A stretch of 64,000 nucleotides of DNA from Bdellovibrionales bacterium (lineage in GTDB: Bacteria; Bdellovibrionota; Bdellovibrionia; Bdellovibrionales; UBA1609): positions 59,683 through 123,682 of the forward strand of contig JAYUKW010000013.1 in NCBI GenBank assembly GCA_043764155.1, written 5' to 3'. Positions 51,941 to 61,885 of this stretch are shown here, piece by piece. Positions within the stretch are counted from its first letter, which is position 1. Each line of letters starts with the position of its first letter. A program made the position numbers and the translations under genes. Under the pieces are notes generated by a model. That model did not search any database and had not been told where the DNA came from. It saw only the letters and a program-made list of their open reading frames with translations.

Positions 51941-52192
51941 TTACTTAAGACCTCGAAGAAGATCTTTTTGAATTTCAGATGCAGGTGTAGATTCTAAAAA
52001 TTGGTTTCTATCAAAAGAAACAGTTCCTGCAGACACTTCACGTAACGCATTTACGATATGTTTATTGTTGCCTTTTGAAATTGTAAGATTAGAGCCTTTA
52101 ATTAATTGTTTGGCTCTTTTAGCTACTAACAGGACAAGTGCAAATCTGTTTTCTACTTTTTCAAGACAATCTTCAACCGTTACGCGAGCCAT
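51941..52192 (-). CDS. rpoZ: RNA polymerase omega subunit
   Basis: [21 protein letters not shown]. Confidence 0.96.
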   Translation of the reverse strand: MARVTVEDCLEKVENRFALVLLVAKRAKQLIKGSNLTISKGNNKHIVNALREVSAGTVSFDRNQFLESTPASEIQKDLLRGLK

Positions 52193-52247
52193 ACTAAGAC
52201 CTCCAAAGGACTTATTGTTATAGCGCCATCACGGATGACCTACAAGC

Positions 52248-52811
52248 CTAATCTTGATTCAAGTACACAGAAATGACTTTTTTGAACTCTTGGAAGGCCT
52301 TATCGAAGTCATCATTGATAATTTTAACGTCGAATTCATCAGCCCGCTTCATTTCCATTTCAGCACTTTTCATTCGAACATCTATATCTACAGGAAGCTT
52401 GCCTTCCCTATTTATGATTCTCTTCTTTAGGACCTCTAGGGTCGGAGGCTGAATAAAAATAGTTAAACACTGAGGGAATTTTTCTCTGAAAGTTTGGGCC
52501 CCTTGAACATCTAAATCCATGATCACAGCTCGCCCACGAGCCCAATTCCAACGAAGCTCGTCCCACGGGGTCCCATAGTAATAAACATGAACATTGGCCC
52601 ATTCGACAAAAAACCCATCTTCAATTAATCTTTTAAATTTTTTTTCATCAACAAAATGATAAGGGTCACCTTCTATTTCACCATGGCGCATGTCTCTAGT
52701 GGTGAACGTGGTGACATCCCGTAAACTTGAAAATTCTTTTAAGGCTTGGTCTATGAATGTGTTTTTACCAGCACCACTTGGGGCGGCAAGGATGATCATT
52801 TTTTCTGTCAT
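52248..52811 (-). CDS. gmk: Guanylate kinase
   Basis: APSGAGK, TTR..R.GE, EWA.V..YYGT, DVQGA. Confidence 0.95.
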   Translation of the reverse strand: MTEKMIILAAPSGAGKNTFIDQALKEFSSLRDVTTFTTRDMRHGEIEGDPYHFVDEKKFKRLIEDGFFVEWANVHVYYYGTPWDELRWNWARGRAVIMDLDVQGAQTFREKFPQCLTIFIQPPTLEVLKKRIINREGKLPVDIDVRMKSAEMEMKRADEFDVKIINDDFDKAFQEFKKVISVYLNQD

Positions 52812-52822
52812 GGCGACTCTCC

Positions 52823-52996
52823 TTGCTGTCTAGTTCACTTGCTGGAACTTTTCCTGCTGCTGTCTAGTTCACTCTCTGGCTTTTGGAGGGGCTTCGCACC
52901 CTCCGCCAGCTCGTTGGAACTTTTCTTTTACTGTCTAGTTCACTCTCTGGCTTTTGGAGGGGCTTCGCACCCTCCGCCAGCTCGCTGGAACTTTTC
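52823..52996 (-). repeat. Tandem family B cluster (one minimal + two near-identical full copies)
   Basis: Units at ~52823-52853, 52858-52925 and 52931-52996, reverse complements of the 35914 element type. Confidence 0.92.
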
Positions 52997-53902
52997 TTAC
53001 TCAATATTCTGAACTTGTTGCCTTATTTTTTCTATTATAGCTTTAGCTTGCATCACTTCCCCAGTGATTTTCACAGAACTCGACTTTGAACCAATGGTAT
53101 TCACTTCGCGAAATAGCTCTTGGGCATAAAAATCTAATTTTTTACCTTCGGCAGCTGGACTGGAAAGTAATTTTTGACAGGCTTTGATGTGCTCTTTCAG
53201 TCGAACGACTTCTTCTTTGATGTCGGATTTATCAATCAACAGCAATAATTCTTGGTTTAATCGCTCAGAATCAAATTCTTCTTTTAAGCTTTTCTTCCAA
53301 GTTTTGATTTTTTCTTTAATTTTTAATTCTAGCTCTGAAGGGTAATCTTCGGCCAAAACGTCAATGACTGTTCGCACTTTTTCTAAACTAACGAGTAAAC
53401 CCTTAATCTCATCAGCTAAAGCTTTACCTTCACGGATTCTTTCGGCTTGAAAGTCTTTAAGTAAAACATCTATTGATTTTAAAAAGTCTGTTTTTTTGAA
53501 AGAGCTGTTTTCAACAAGTGTATTTTTTGAATTTAAATGGGACGTGTCGTCTGAAGTAAATACATCTCCAAATTTTAAAATTAATTTTAAATCTTCGTTT
53601 AATTCTAATTTTAAAGTTGAAGATAGTTTTTTTAAATCTTTGTGAAAAGCTTTGGCTTTATTTAAATCTAAAATTTTGGATTGTGCTATTTTTTGCGATT
53701 GTGGTTGCGGCTGAATTTGAACAAACAAATCTAAACTTCCCCTGGACACCACTTGGTTTATTTTTTGGCGCACTTCTTTTTCTAGAATTAAAAGTTCATG
53801 GGGCGCGTGAAATCTAAAATCAAAAAATCGGTGATTTACACTTTTAATTTTTATACTGATATCGTCATCGGTTTTTGATGCAAATCCGGTCATGCTTTTC
53901 AT
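52997..53902 (-). CDS. yicC: YicC/YloC family endoribonuclease
   Basis: MKSMTGF, KSVNHRF, DIKEEVVRL..H, GKKLDF..QE..REVNTIGSK, QVQNIE. Confidence 0.93.
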   Translation of the reverse strand: MKSMTGFASKTDDDISIKIKSVNHRFFDFRFHAPHELLILEKEVRQKINQVVSRGSLDLFVQIQPQPQSQKIAQSKILDLNKAKAFHKDLKKLSSTLKLELNEDLKLILKFGDVFTSDDTSHLNSKNTLVENSSFKKTDFLKSIDVLLKDFQAERIREGKALADEIKGLLVSLEKVRTVIDVLAEDYPSELELKIKEKIKTWKKSLKEEFDSERLNQELLLLIDKSDIKEEVVRLKEHIKACQKLLSSPAAEGKKLDFYAQELFREVNTIGSKSSSVKITGEVMQAKAIIEKIRQQVQNIE

Positions 53903-54822
53903 TAGGGTTTCTCCATATTACTTTTATCTATAACCCAACTTAAAGCTTTGGATTTTTCTTTTTCAGCATGAAACCAAACCACTTTGGGATCAGCTCTAAA
54001 CCATGTCATCTGACGTTTGGCCAAATGCATCGTGTTTTTAATAATCATCGACGTCATCTGATCTTTCGAGATTTGGTCTTCAAGATACATCTGAACTTCT
54101 TTGTATCCCACACTTTGAAGTGGCTTCCAATCAGATAAACCCTTTTTTATTAAGCCTTGAACTTCTTCAATCAGCCCAAGATTAAGCATGCGGTCCACCC
54201 GATCACTTATTTTTTTTAATAATTCGTCACGATCCAAGTACAAACCAAGCTTTGCATGTCTAGACGTCGCAGATTTTTTTTTAACCTCAGACATTTTTTT
54301 ATCTTGGCTAAAAAAAACGTCTAAAGCCCGATGAATCCGGTACTCATCATGGATATGAATATTTTTTAAACTTTCAGGATCGACATCTTTTAATTTCTGA
54401 ATTTTTTCTTTCAATGAAAGCTGATTCAAAAAAGAAATCTTATGTTTCATCTCTGGCGTTAAAGTTTCAATCTCTTCCATTCCCGTTTCTAAAGCCTGAA
54501 TGTAAAAGCCGCTGCCACCCACAATTAAAAACATTTGGTTTTTGTAAAGGTCGTGTTGTCTTAAGATTTCAAACTGTCTGACAAACTCGCCAGCCGTAAA
54601 AGCCGTTCCAGCCATAGCCACACCATAAAGTAAATGCGTGGCTTTAGAAAAATCATCATCAGACGGATAAGCAGTTCCAATCTTTAGATCTGAAAAAAAC
54701 TGTAGGCTATCGCAATTGACAATAGGGCACTGAAGTTTGTGGGCCAAAGTCAAAGACAAATCTGACTTTCCACAGCCCGTAGGTCCCACAATAAAAAGAT
54801 CTTTAGAAATTATAGAACTCAA
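53902..54822 (-). CDS. miaA: tRNA dimethylallyltransferase
   Basis: GPTGCGKS, DSLQ, IGTA, VGGSGFY, SVGYKE, AKRQMTWF. Confidence 0.95.
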   Translation of the reverse strand: MSSIISKDLFIVGPTGCGKSDLSLTLAHKLQCPIVNCDSLQFFSDLKIGTAYPSDDDFSKATHLLYGVAMAGTAFTAGEFVRQFEILRQHDLYKNQMFLIVGGSGFYIQALETGMEEIETLTPEMKHKISFLNQLSLKEKIQKLKDVDPESLKNIHIHDEYRIHRALDVFFSQDKKMSEVKKKSATSRHAKLGLYLDRDELLKKISDRVDRMLNLGLIEEVQGLIKKGLSDWKPLQSVGYKEVQMYLEDQISKDQMTSMIIKNTMHLAKRQMTWFRADPKVVWFHAEKEKSKALSWVIDKSNMEKP

Positions 54823-54825
54823 AGT

Positions 54826-56841
54826 TTAGACTTTCCTACAAAATTCTTTTTCTAATTGATTAAAAGAATGTCGAACAAACACAGGTCGACCGTGGGGACA
54901 ATAGCTTGTGGTCGAATAGTCGTCCATTAAATCCAACAACTCTTCCATCTCTGGCACGGTGAGGATTTGTCCTGCACGAATGGCCGAGTGACAAGCCATG
55001 GTGGCAAAAATATCACTGACTACATCTTCAAAAATAAAACTCTGACCCAGTTCTAAAATTTGCTCTGACATAAGAGTTAAGGATTTAAGAATGGCACTGT
55101 CTTTAATTATGGCTGGTGTTTCAGTGATTTCAATTTGGGTCGGACCACTTTGTTCAAATAAAATTCCCAATTTTTCTAATGACGTGGCATTTTTTAAAAA
55201 AGCTTCAATCAAAGATTCATCATCCACTTTAAATGTTAAAGGCAGTAAATGCCTTTGAGTTTCTAATGCAGATCCTTTTTTAAATCTTTGCCATAGTTTT
55301 TCAAATAAACAGCGTTCATGAGCGGCGTGCTGATCTATATAAATAATTTCAGCTTGATTTTGTGTAACTATATATGTTTTTGCCACTTGGCCAATTACTA
55401 ATAAATTGGACCATAAGCTTTGATCTAAGGGTGCGTAAGCCTGACTTCGGCCTGAGGGTGCGTAAGCCTGACTGCTGTCGTGGTTCTGTGCAGCAGAATC
55501 AGTGTTCAGCACTGAAAATTCGGAACCAAATTTTGAATCTGTAAAATTATTTAAAGATTTATTCTGAGACCTAAAAGCTTTAAGTTCAAAACCGGTTTGT
55601 TGATTTACAGGATTATCGTCGTTTGAGCTGACATTATGAAAATAATTTTTTATTTGTGATTTATTATTTAAACTTCCATCTGAAGTTTTAGAATTAATAT
55701 ATCCATTTGTATTTAAATAATCTGAGTACGTGTTGTATTCAGATTCTTTTAAAGAGCTTTCAGAATTTAAAAACCCGTGTCGCCACGGACTTTTTTCAAC
55801 AAAATCCATAATTGTATTTCTGACGGCGCGGTAAATAACGGATGAATCTTTAAACTTCACTTTACTTTTCGTCGGGTGCACATTCACGTCTACAAAATCT
55901 TTAGCCACAGACACAAACACAGCCCCCATGGGATACTCATGGGGTAGAAGTGAATTTTGAAATCCGTCCCTGATGGCAGATAAGATCATAGGTTCTTGGA
56001 CCCAGCGATTTTGCACAAAAACCCAAAGCTTTCGATTAGACTTGGCTGTTTCATGGGGCGGGGCCAAATGAACTTCAACTTGAATATCGCCGTAATCTTT
56101 TTTGTGAATAAAAAGCTCATTCGTTTTTAAAATATTTTGATTCCGTCGCTTTAAAGCATCCAAGTTCAAATCATTTTCAATTTTTGGCCAGTAATATTCT
56201 AACTGATCTCTAAAGAACAATTTAATTCCGACATGGGGCTGACATAATCCAAAAGCAAATAAAACTTTTTTGATCTCCATGACTTCGGCGGCATCGGTTT
56301 TTAAAAATTTAAGCCTTGCTGGGGTGTTTTGATAAAGGTCTGAAATTTCAATTTGGGTTCCAAAATCTAAATTGGAATCTATAATTGAATCAACAACGCC
56401 AAAATGACTTTTAAGCTCTACACACTTTTCACCACGTCTATGTGTTCTAATATTCATATTAGACACGGCAGAAATACTGGCTAAGGCTTCCCCGCGAAAA
56501 CCGTAAGTTGAGAGCTGCCATAAGTCGTTTGAAGATTTTAATTTACTTGTGGTGTGCCTTTGAAGGGCTAACTTTAAATCTTCGGGATTAAATCCAAAGC
56601 CGTTATCAATTAAAGTTAAGCTTCGCCCCCCCTCACCTAAACGTAGTTCGATGTCTGTGCTGCCAGCATCAATTGCATTTTCAATTAACTCTTTAATCAT
56701 ATGAGCTGGGCGCTCAAGAACTTCCCCAGCTGCAATTTGGTCAATCACATGGCTATCCAGAGATAGAACTCGCGGGTTTTCCAAAGCGTTTAAATTCAAA
56801 TCTGTGCTGAAATTTTGATTTTGGTTTTTATCAGATGACAT
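54826..56841 (-). CDS. mutL: DNA mismatch repair endonuclease MutL
   Basis: IAAGEV.ERP, GFRGEAL, DVNVHP.K, endonuclease DQHAAHER, ACH, CPHGRP. Confidence 0.97.
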   Translation of the reverse strand: MSSDKNQNQNFSTDLNLNALENPRVLSLDSHVIDQIAAGEVLERPAHMIKELIENAIDAGSTDIELRLGEGGRSLTLIDNGFGFNPEDLKLALQRHTTSKLKSSNDLWQLSTYGFRGEALASISAVSNMNIRTHRRGEKCVELKSHFGVVDSIIDSNLDFGTQIEISDLYQNTPARLKFLKTDAAEVMEIKKVLFAFGLCQPHVGIKLFFRDQLEYYWPKIENDLNLDALKRRNQNILKTNELFIHKKDYGDIQVEVHLAPPHETAKSNRKLWVFVQNRWVQEPMILSAIRDGFQNSLLPHEYPMGAVFVSVAKDFVDVNVHPTKSKVKFKDSSVIYRAVRNTIMDFVEKSPWRHGFLNSESSLKESEYNTYSDYLNTNGYINSKTSDGSLNNKSQIKNYFHNVSSNDDNPVNQQTGFELKAFRSQNKSLNNFTDSKFGSEFSVLNTDSAAQNHDSSQAYAPSGRSQAYAPLDQSLWSNLLVIGQVAKTYIVTQNQAEIIYIDQHAAHERCLFEKLWQRFKKGSALETQRHLLPLTFKVDDESLIEAFLKNATSLEKLGILFEQSGPTQIEITETPAIIKDSAILKSLTLMSEQILELGQSFIFEDVVSDIFATMACHSAIRAGQILTVPEMEELLDLMDDYSTTSYCPHGRPVFVRHSFNQLEKEFCRKV

Positions 56842-56850
56842 GCCATGAAC

Positions 56851-57939
56851 TTAAAATCTTTTTTGTAATCCCGCAAGCACACCCCAGTAACTAGAGCTTT
56901 CAAAGTAGTATTTGGGCTCAACTTTTAAAGCCCAATCCCCCATCTCATAAATAACACCCAGGGTCGCAACGCCACCCAGGCTTAAATTTTTATTTGATTC
57001 TGATTGCCCTGAAATCACAAAGTCAAAAAAAGAAGCATTCAGCACCGGCCCAATTGCAGCATACACAAAACTCGATTGGGATCGTCCTAATATGAAGGGA
57101 AAACTAAGTTCGGTAAGAATAAAAAAGCCAGAAGCGTCTAAAGAAAAATCATCAAAAAACTGTGGCGCCCCATAATGAAAAGACACAGACAAGTCGGCAA
57201 GTAAATTTCTAAATAACCAGTTAGGACCTGTAAGTTTAAATCCAAGCAGCCATTCATTGGAACTTTTTTTACCGCTGGCCACATCTTCGGTGTAATTGAT
57301 AAATCCAACTTGCCCACCAATAAGGTCTTCAAAAATAAGGGGACCTGTCGATCTGGCTTTCTTTTTTTGGTTTTGACCATCCAACCTTGGACCAAAATAA
57401 AGACCCGGCGTTGAATTATCGGTCAAGCTCTTAGCTGAATTTTTAGCCGCTTTTTTTTTTGCTGCTACTGAGTCTGTTTTAGGTTTCTCTGAAATTTCGC
57501 TATTGATTTTATCAATAAAAGTATTGTCTGAGCTATCTTCTAAATCATTATCCTGGTCAAAAACTTGTTCTGGCTTCGAATTGTCCTTGAGTGAGGAGCT
57601 TCCTTTAGAAGATGTTGGATTTTTTATTTTTTTTTTAGACGTGCTTTGTGCTTTTTGACCTAAGATTTTAATTTCAGTGTCTAACATGTAGCCAAAGGTT
57701 TTAGAATTTAGTTTTACTTTATGAAATAAACCCAAACCATTTAAGCCTTCCGTCGTGCTTTTTGTGGCATACACTTTTTTTGATTTAGGTAATAAATAAA
57801 TAATTTTAGCATCAAAATCGGGTTTTTGATAAATAGCAGCTTGATCCCTGACAGGTTGAATAACAACAATACTTTGGGCTGAAGCCATTTTAGGAACTAC
57901 ATAAAGAAACACTAGAAGTAATACATTTTTGATTTTCAT
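56851..57939 (-). CDS. SH3-like N-terminus + outer-membrane beta-barrel protein
   Basis: Signal peptide, IYQKPDFDA...GYM SH3b-like segment, Lys/Ser linker, C-terminal F. Confidence 0.6.
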   Translation of the reverse strand: MKIKNVLLLVFLYVVPKMASAQSIVVIQPVRDQAAIYQKPDFDAKIIYLLPKSKKVYATKSTTEGLNGLGLFHKVKLNSKTFGYMLDTEIKILGQKAQSTSKKKIKNPTSSKGSSSLKDNSKPEQVFDQDNDLEDSSDNTFIDKINSEISEKPKTDSVAAKKKAAKNSAKSLTDNSTPGLYFGPRLDGQNQKKKARSTGPLIFEDLIGGQVGFINYTEDVASGKKSSNEWLLGFKLTGPNWLFRNLLADLSVSFHYGAPQFFDDFSLDASGFFILTELSFPFILGRSQSSFVYAAIGPVLNASFFDFVISGQSESNKNLSLGGVATLGVIYEMGDWALKVEPKYYFESSSYWGVLAGLQKRF

Positions 57940-57991
57940 TCTTAAATAAATTATCTAATTCTTAAAACTGAGGGTCAATCTATGTTTTAAT

Positions 57992-58026
57992 AAAAAAAGA
58001 CGAACCTTTTAAGTGGTTCGTCTTTT
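57992..58026 (-). terminator. Rho-independent terminator of the 58064-58579 gene
   Basis: AAAAGACGAACC/GGTTCGTCTTTT stem. The A7 tract gives a U tail on the minus strand. Confidence 0.8.
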
Positions 58027-58063
58027 AATTTTTTTAAGATTTTTAAGCTTATAGGCTTAAAAA

Positions 58064-58579
58064 CTAATCCATGAATCCTGAGAATGAAATCAAGTTAAGA
58101 GCAATAGTGCTACCTTCGTCAATATCGCCACCAACTGCAAATCTAACTGCAACGTTTGGAGTCCAAGTTAAAGTTTCAGAAATAGCATATCTCTTACCGA
58201 TTGAAGCATGAAGGTTGATCTGATCAGCTGCACCTAAGTCAGCATAAGAAAGTCCACCACCAACAAACATTGAATCTCTTAATTCTGGAGCAAAGTTATA
58301 TCTAACTAAAGCACCAAGACCCAAAGCTGCATCAGCTCCAGAAACACCAGTGTCAGCATATGAAAATACGCCACCGATTTGAAGAGTTTCAGACATACCG
58401 AAATACACTTCACCAGTTACACCGAAAGAAGTTGTTGTATCGCCACCGAAACCAGGATCGTTCATGCTGATATTAGCACCAGTTCCAAGAAATGAATTGC
58501 TGATTTGAATTTCGTAAGCCGCGTTAGCAGAAACTGCAAAACTCAACCCCATTAATAATGCAAATATATTTTTCAACAT
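58064..58579 (-). CDS. Small outer-membrane beta-barrel protein, paralog 1
   Basis: Signal peptide, Gly/aromatic strands, AAGGAG RBS. Confidence 0.8.
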   Translation of the reverse strand: MLKNIFALLMGLSFAVSANAAYEIQISNSFLGTGANISMNDPGFGGDTTTSFGVTGEVYFGMSETLQIGGVFSYADTGVSGADAALGLGALVRYNFAPELRDSMFVGGGLSYADLGAADQINLHASIGKRYAISETLTWTPNVAVRFAVGGDIDEGSTIALNLISFSGFMD

Positions 58580-59302
58580 AAAGTATCTCCTTATAGTTAG
58601 TTCTTTTGTTGTTTGTTTACTTCTAAATGTTAGCTGAACTGTAAAATTTTAGTCAATAGCCTTTTTTTAGTTTAAACGCAGATTGTCTTTGATTATTTTT
58701 TTTTGAATAAAAAATGCAGATTAAATTTTTAAAATCTAGAAAGTTTATTTCTAATAAATTGATCATTAAAAAGAATTCCAAAAAGCAATTAAAGCCTTAG
58801 CCCTATTCAAAAAGAACACTAAGACTGATCACATTAAAACTTGTTTTAAACATCTAAGCGCAATCCCTACTTGTTGTTTTTTTGACGTTTTTAAATGACG
58901 GCTGTTATTAAAATTCTTAAATAATAGCAATAAACACTTGTTGTTTTTAAACATGACTCTTGCTTTTTATAAAAATGCTTAGTCAAAAAAGTCATCAAAT
59001 CTTTAGGATTTATTAAAGATAAGTTAAAATCAGTTCACACTACTTTATATATGGTAAACCATGGCTTAGATCCAGTTCGGCTCTTGCTAGGCTCTACTTA
59101 GGATTAAAATATTACGACTAAAAACTTATTTTGCTTGGATCAGTAACACCTTTTAATCTCTGAATGACCTCTTAGAGAGCTTAACAATTTAAGTCTTATT
59201 GCGTTTAAGCTGTTAATAATTTGACACTTTTTTTTACACACACTACTTGTGATGACTTCAAAACTACAAATTTTTAAACACCTAATAATTGGAGCAAATT
59301 TT

Positions 59303-59833
59303 ATGACAAAGGGTATTTTAGCAACATTAATGATTCTAAGTTTTGGTTTTTCCTCCTTTGCAACTTATGAAATTCAAATTAATGGAACGTATGCTTTACC
59401 ATTAGTAGGGACATCTGGCGGAACAGGCGCAGGAATTTTAATCTCGAACACCGATGGCCTCGATTCTACGGATCTGACACTAGCTGGGGAAGTTTACATG
59501 GATTACACCTCACAGCTCCAATTCGGTGGCTTATTTTTATTCAGCGACCAAGAAATTCTTGCTGAATCAGTATTTGGTTTTGGTGCTTTGGCTAGATATA
59601 ATTTAGAAACAGACCTAAGAAATTCAATTTTTGTGGGTGGCGGTCTTAGATATATTGATTTTGTTAATGATAGCAATTTTGCTCTTTTATTATCTGCTGG
59701 AAAAAGATTTCCTATTTCAAACACATTAACTTGGACACCAAATGCAACTTTAGCTCTTAATTTTGCAGGTGATATAGACAGCGGGTCTTTCTTAGCTCTT
59801 AACTTTATTTCGTTTTCTGGATTCATGGATTAA
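59303..59833 (+). CDS. Small outer-membrane beta-barrel protein, paralog 2
   Basis: ATG at 59303 after GGAG. Shares YEIQI, GEVY, FVGGGL, TLTWTPN and ISFSGFMD with paralog 1. Confidence 0.8.
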   Translation: MTKGILATLMILSFGFSSFATYEIQINGTYALPLVGTSGGTGAGILISNTDGLDSTDLTLAGEVYMDYTSQLQFGGLFLFSDQEILAESVFGFGALARYNLETDLRNSIFVGGGLRYIDFVNDSNFALLLSAGKRFPISNTLTWTPNATLALNFAGDIDSGSFLALNFISFSGFMD

Positions 59834-59851
59834 GACTTAAAAGGATCAATT

Positions 59852-60535
59852 ATGAAAAATCTGAACGTTGCTGTTGTTGGTTCAAATCGTGGAATCGGAC
59901 TTGAGCTGACCAAACAATTATCTCAATACGGAAACACAGTTTATGCCTTTTGCCGCAAGTCGTCTTCTGAACTGAATGATCTTAAAAATATTAAGATCAA
60001 TGTTAAAATTATAGATCAGTTTGAAGTCACCGACTTAAGAGCTATGTCTCTAGCTATTCAGACGGCAGGACTTAAAAATATTGATATTTTAATTCATGTT
60101 TCAGGCATCCTTAGGGAAGACGACCTTAATGACATTAACGAAGACGGAATTTTAGAGCAATTCAAAGTCAACGCACTTGCCCCTATTCTATCGGTGAAAG
60201 CTTTTTTACCTTTGATGAGTGAAGGCTCAAAAGTGGGCTTGATCACAAGTCGAATGGGCTCTGTGGCGGATAATACAAGTGGCGGGATGTACGGCTACCG
60301 CATGTCTAAATCAGCTCTAAACATGGCTGGAAAATCTTTAAGCGAAGACTTAAAAGATCAAGACATCACAGTTCTTTTACTCCATCCAGGTTATGTCAAA
60401 ACCGACATGACAGGACATCAAGGTCACATCACCCCTAAAGAATCCGCTGCCGGCTTAATTAAAATTCTAGATGAAAAAACAATAGATCAAACCGGAACGT
60501 TTTGGCACGTTAACGGTGAAGCTCTGCCTTGGTAA
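59852..60535 (+). CDS. Short-chain dehydrogenase/reductase (CsgA/C-factor-like)
   Basis: GSNRGIG, YRMSK, LHPGYVKTDM. Confidence 0.92.
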   Translation: MKNLNVAVVGSNRGIGLELTKQLSQYGNTVYAFCRKSSSELNDLKNIKINVKIIDQFEVTDLRAMSLAIQTAGLKNIDILIHVSGILREDDLNDINEDGILEQFKVNALAPILSVKAFLPLMSEGSKVGLITSRMGSVADNTSGGMYGYRMSKSALNMAGKSLSEDLKDQDITVLLLHPGYVKTDMTGHQGHITPKESAAGLIKILDEKTIDQTGTFWHVNGEALPW

Positions 60536-61380
60536 CTCCAAAAGTAATTGTTTATAAAAATCCAAAAGATTTTTGGTTTGAGATTTCACCTCATTTAAAA
60601 ATAGAAGAAGCAAAAAATAGCCTGATACTTGGCATATCCTTTCTTTTTTTATCCGATCCTAAAAATTGTATTTATCAAAGTGCATTTTTTGATGGTTCAA
60701 ATTTTTTAGGATCTCTAAGTTGCAGTCAGCATAGACAAAGTATGAACTTACTTCCATCTCCTGTAAACAACTCAAGTCATGCCAAAACACTGTTTGATGA
60801 GTTTCTAAAATCTAATATTAACCTGACAGGAATTGTTGCAGAAACAAAAAAAGCTGAAATTTATAAAAGCACTATTGATAGTCTTGGACTGAAAACAAGA
60901 TTGAATATGTCACAAGGAATTTACAAATGTTCAAAGGTTTTAATACCAGCAACAAAGGACAAAATTAATTTTAGATTGGCCGATATTAAGGATCTAAAAA
61001 CTATTGGTGAATGGATTGTAGACTTTCATAGAGAAGCCGTTCCACACGATCCCCCAGTAAATGGTGAAGTCGAAGCCAAAGTCCGAATAGGAAATGAAAT
61101 GATTTATGTTTTAGAAAAAGAAAATCAGCTTTTATCCATGGCCGCATGGAGCAGAGACTTGAAATCTTCATGCTCTATCAATTTAGTTTTTACTCCAGAA
61201 AAATATAGAAAAAAAGGTTATGCTAGCTTAGTCACTGCTTTGTTGACTCAACATATGCTACTTCAAGGAAAAAAAGGAACTAAACTCTACACTGACACGA
61301 AGAACCCAACGTCCAATAAAATCTACCAACAGATAGGCTACGAATTCGTCTGTAATTCATTACACATTGGTCTAGTCTAA
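60529..61380 (+). CDS. GNAT family N-acetyltransferase
   Basis: VFTPEKYRKKGYA, LYTD..NPTSNKIY..IGY. Confidence 0.9.
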   Translation: MVTPKVIVYKNPKDFWFEISPHLKIEEAKNSLILGISFLFLSDPKNCIYQSAFFDGSNFLGSLSCSQHRQSMNLLPSPVNNSSHAKTLFDEFLKSNINLTGIVAETKKAEIYKSTIDSLGLKTRLNMSQGIYKCSKVLIPATKDKINFRLADIKDLKTIGEWIVDFHREAVPHDPPVNGEVEAKVRIGNEMIYVLEKENQLLSMAAWSRDLKSSCSINLVFTPEKYRKKGYASLVTALLTQHMLLQGKKGTKLYTDTKNPTSNKIYQQIGYEFVCNSLHIGLV

Positions 61381-61384
61381 TTTA

Positions 61385-61414
61385 TTGCAATTGTATATAC
61401 ATGTATATACAATT
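61385..61414 (+). promoter_or_regulatory. Sigma70-type promoter overlapped by a 26-bp palindromic operator
   Basis: TTGCAA (61385-90), 17 bp, TACAAT (61408-13). Palindrome AATTGTATATACATGTATATACAATT at 61389-61414. Confidence 0.8.
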
Positions 61415-61420
61415 TAGATT

Positions 61421-61885
61421 ATGTTCTTGTTTGAAGTTGTACGATGTCTAGATAAAGCTAAGGTCAAGTACGCTATTGTTGGCGGCTATGCTTTGGCCTT
61501 ACATGGTATTGTTAGGGCCACTATAGATGTGGATTTAGTGATTCAAATCAGCAAATCTCAACTTAATTTCTTAGAAAAGGCATTGAATTCCATAAATTTA
61601 ACTAGTCGTATTCCAGTTGGGGCTAACGAGATTTTTGAATTTCGAGAAGAGTATATTAAAACCAGAAATTTAATTGCTTGGTCTTTTGTTGATTATAAAG
61701 ATCCGTCGAGAGTCGTAGATGTACTTCTAACAGAAAACCTAAAGGCGTTAAAAGTTCAAAAAATCACGGTTTCAGGACAAAAAATAACAGTTGCAAGCTT
61801 AAAAGATCTTTTGAGAATGAAAGAGCTGGCCCATAGACCTAAAGATTTATTGGATATTGAATCCATAAAGGCGAAACTCAAATGA
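61421..61885 (+). CDS. Nucleotidyltransferase-fold protein (putative toxin)
   Basis: YAIVGGYAL..HG..RAT.DVD, L..MK...RPKD..D. Confidence 0.82.
   Translation: MFLFEVVRCLDKAKVKYAIVGGYALALHGIVRATIDVDLVIQISKSQLNFLEKALNSINLTSRIPVGANEIFEFREEYIKTRNLIAWSFVDYKDPSRVVDVLLTENLKALKVQKITVSGQKITVASLKDLLRMKELAHRPKDLLDIESIKAKLK

Noticed and set aside
52823..52996. Tandem repeats as a CRISPR array
   Set aside because: Units are near-identical throughout with no unique spacers, and there are no cas genes. They belong to dispersed family B.
52746..53089. Short + strand ORFs (88 aa, 68 aa) and the similar 36421-36708 ORF
   Set aside because: They are translations of family B repeats overlapping real genes on the opposite strand.
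1104..59826. Numerous short antisense or nested ORFs in the ORF track
   Set aside because: Shadow ORFs fully overlapping well-supported genes, with no motifs.
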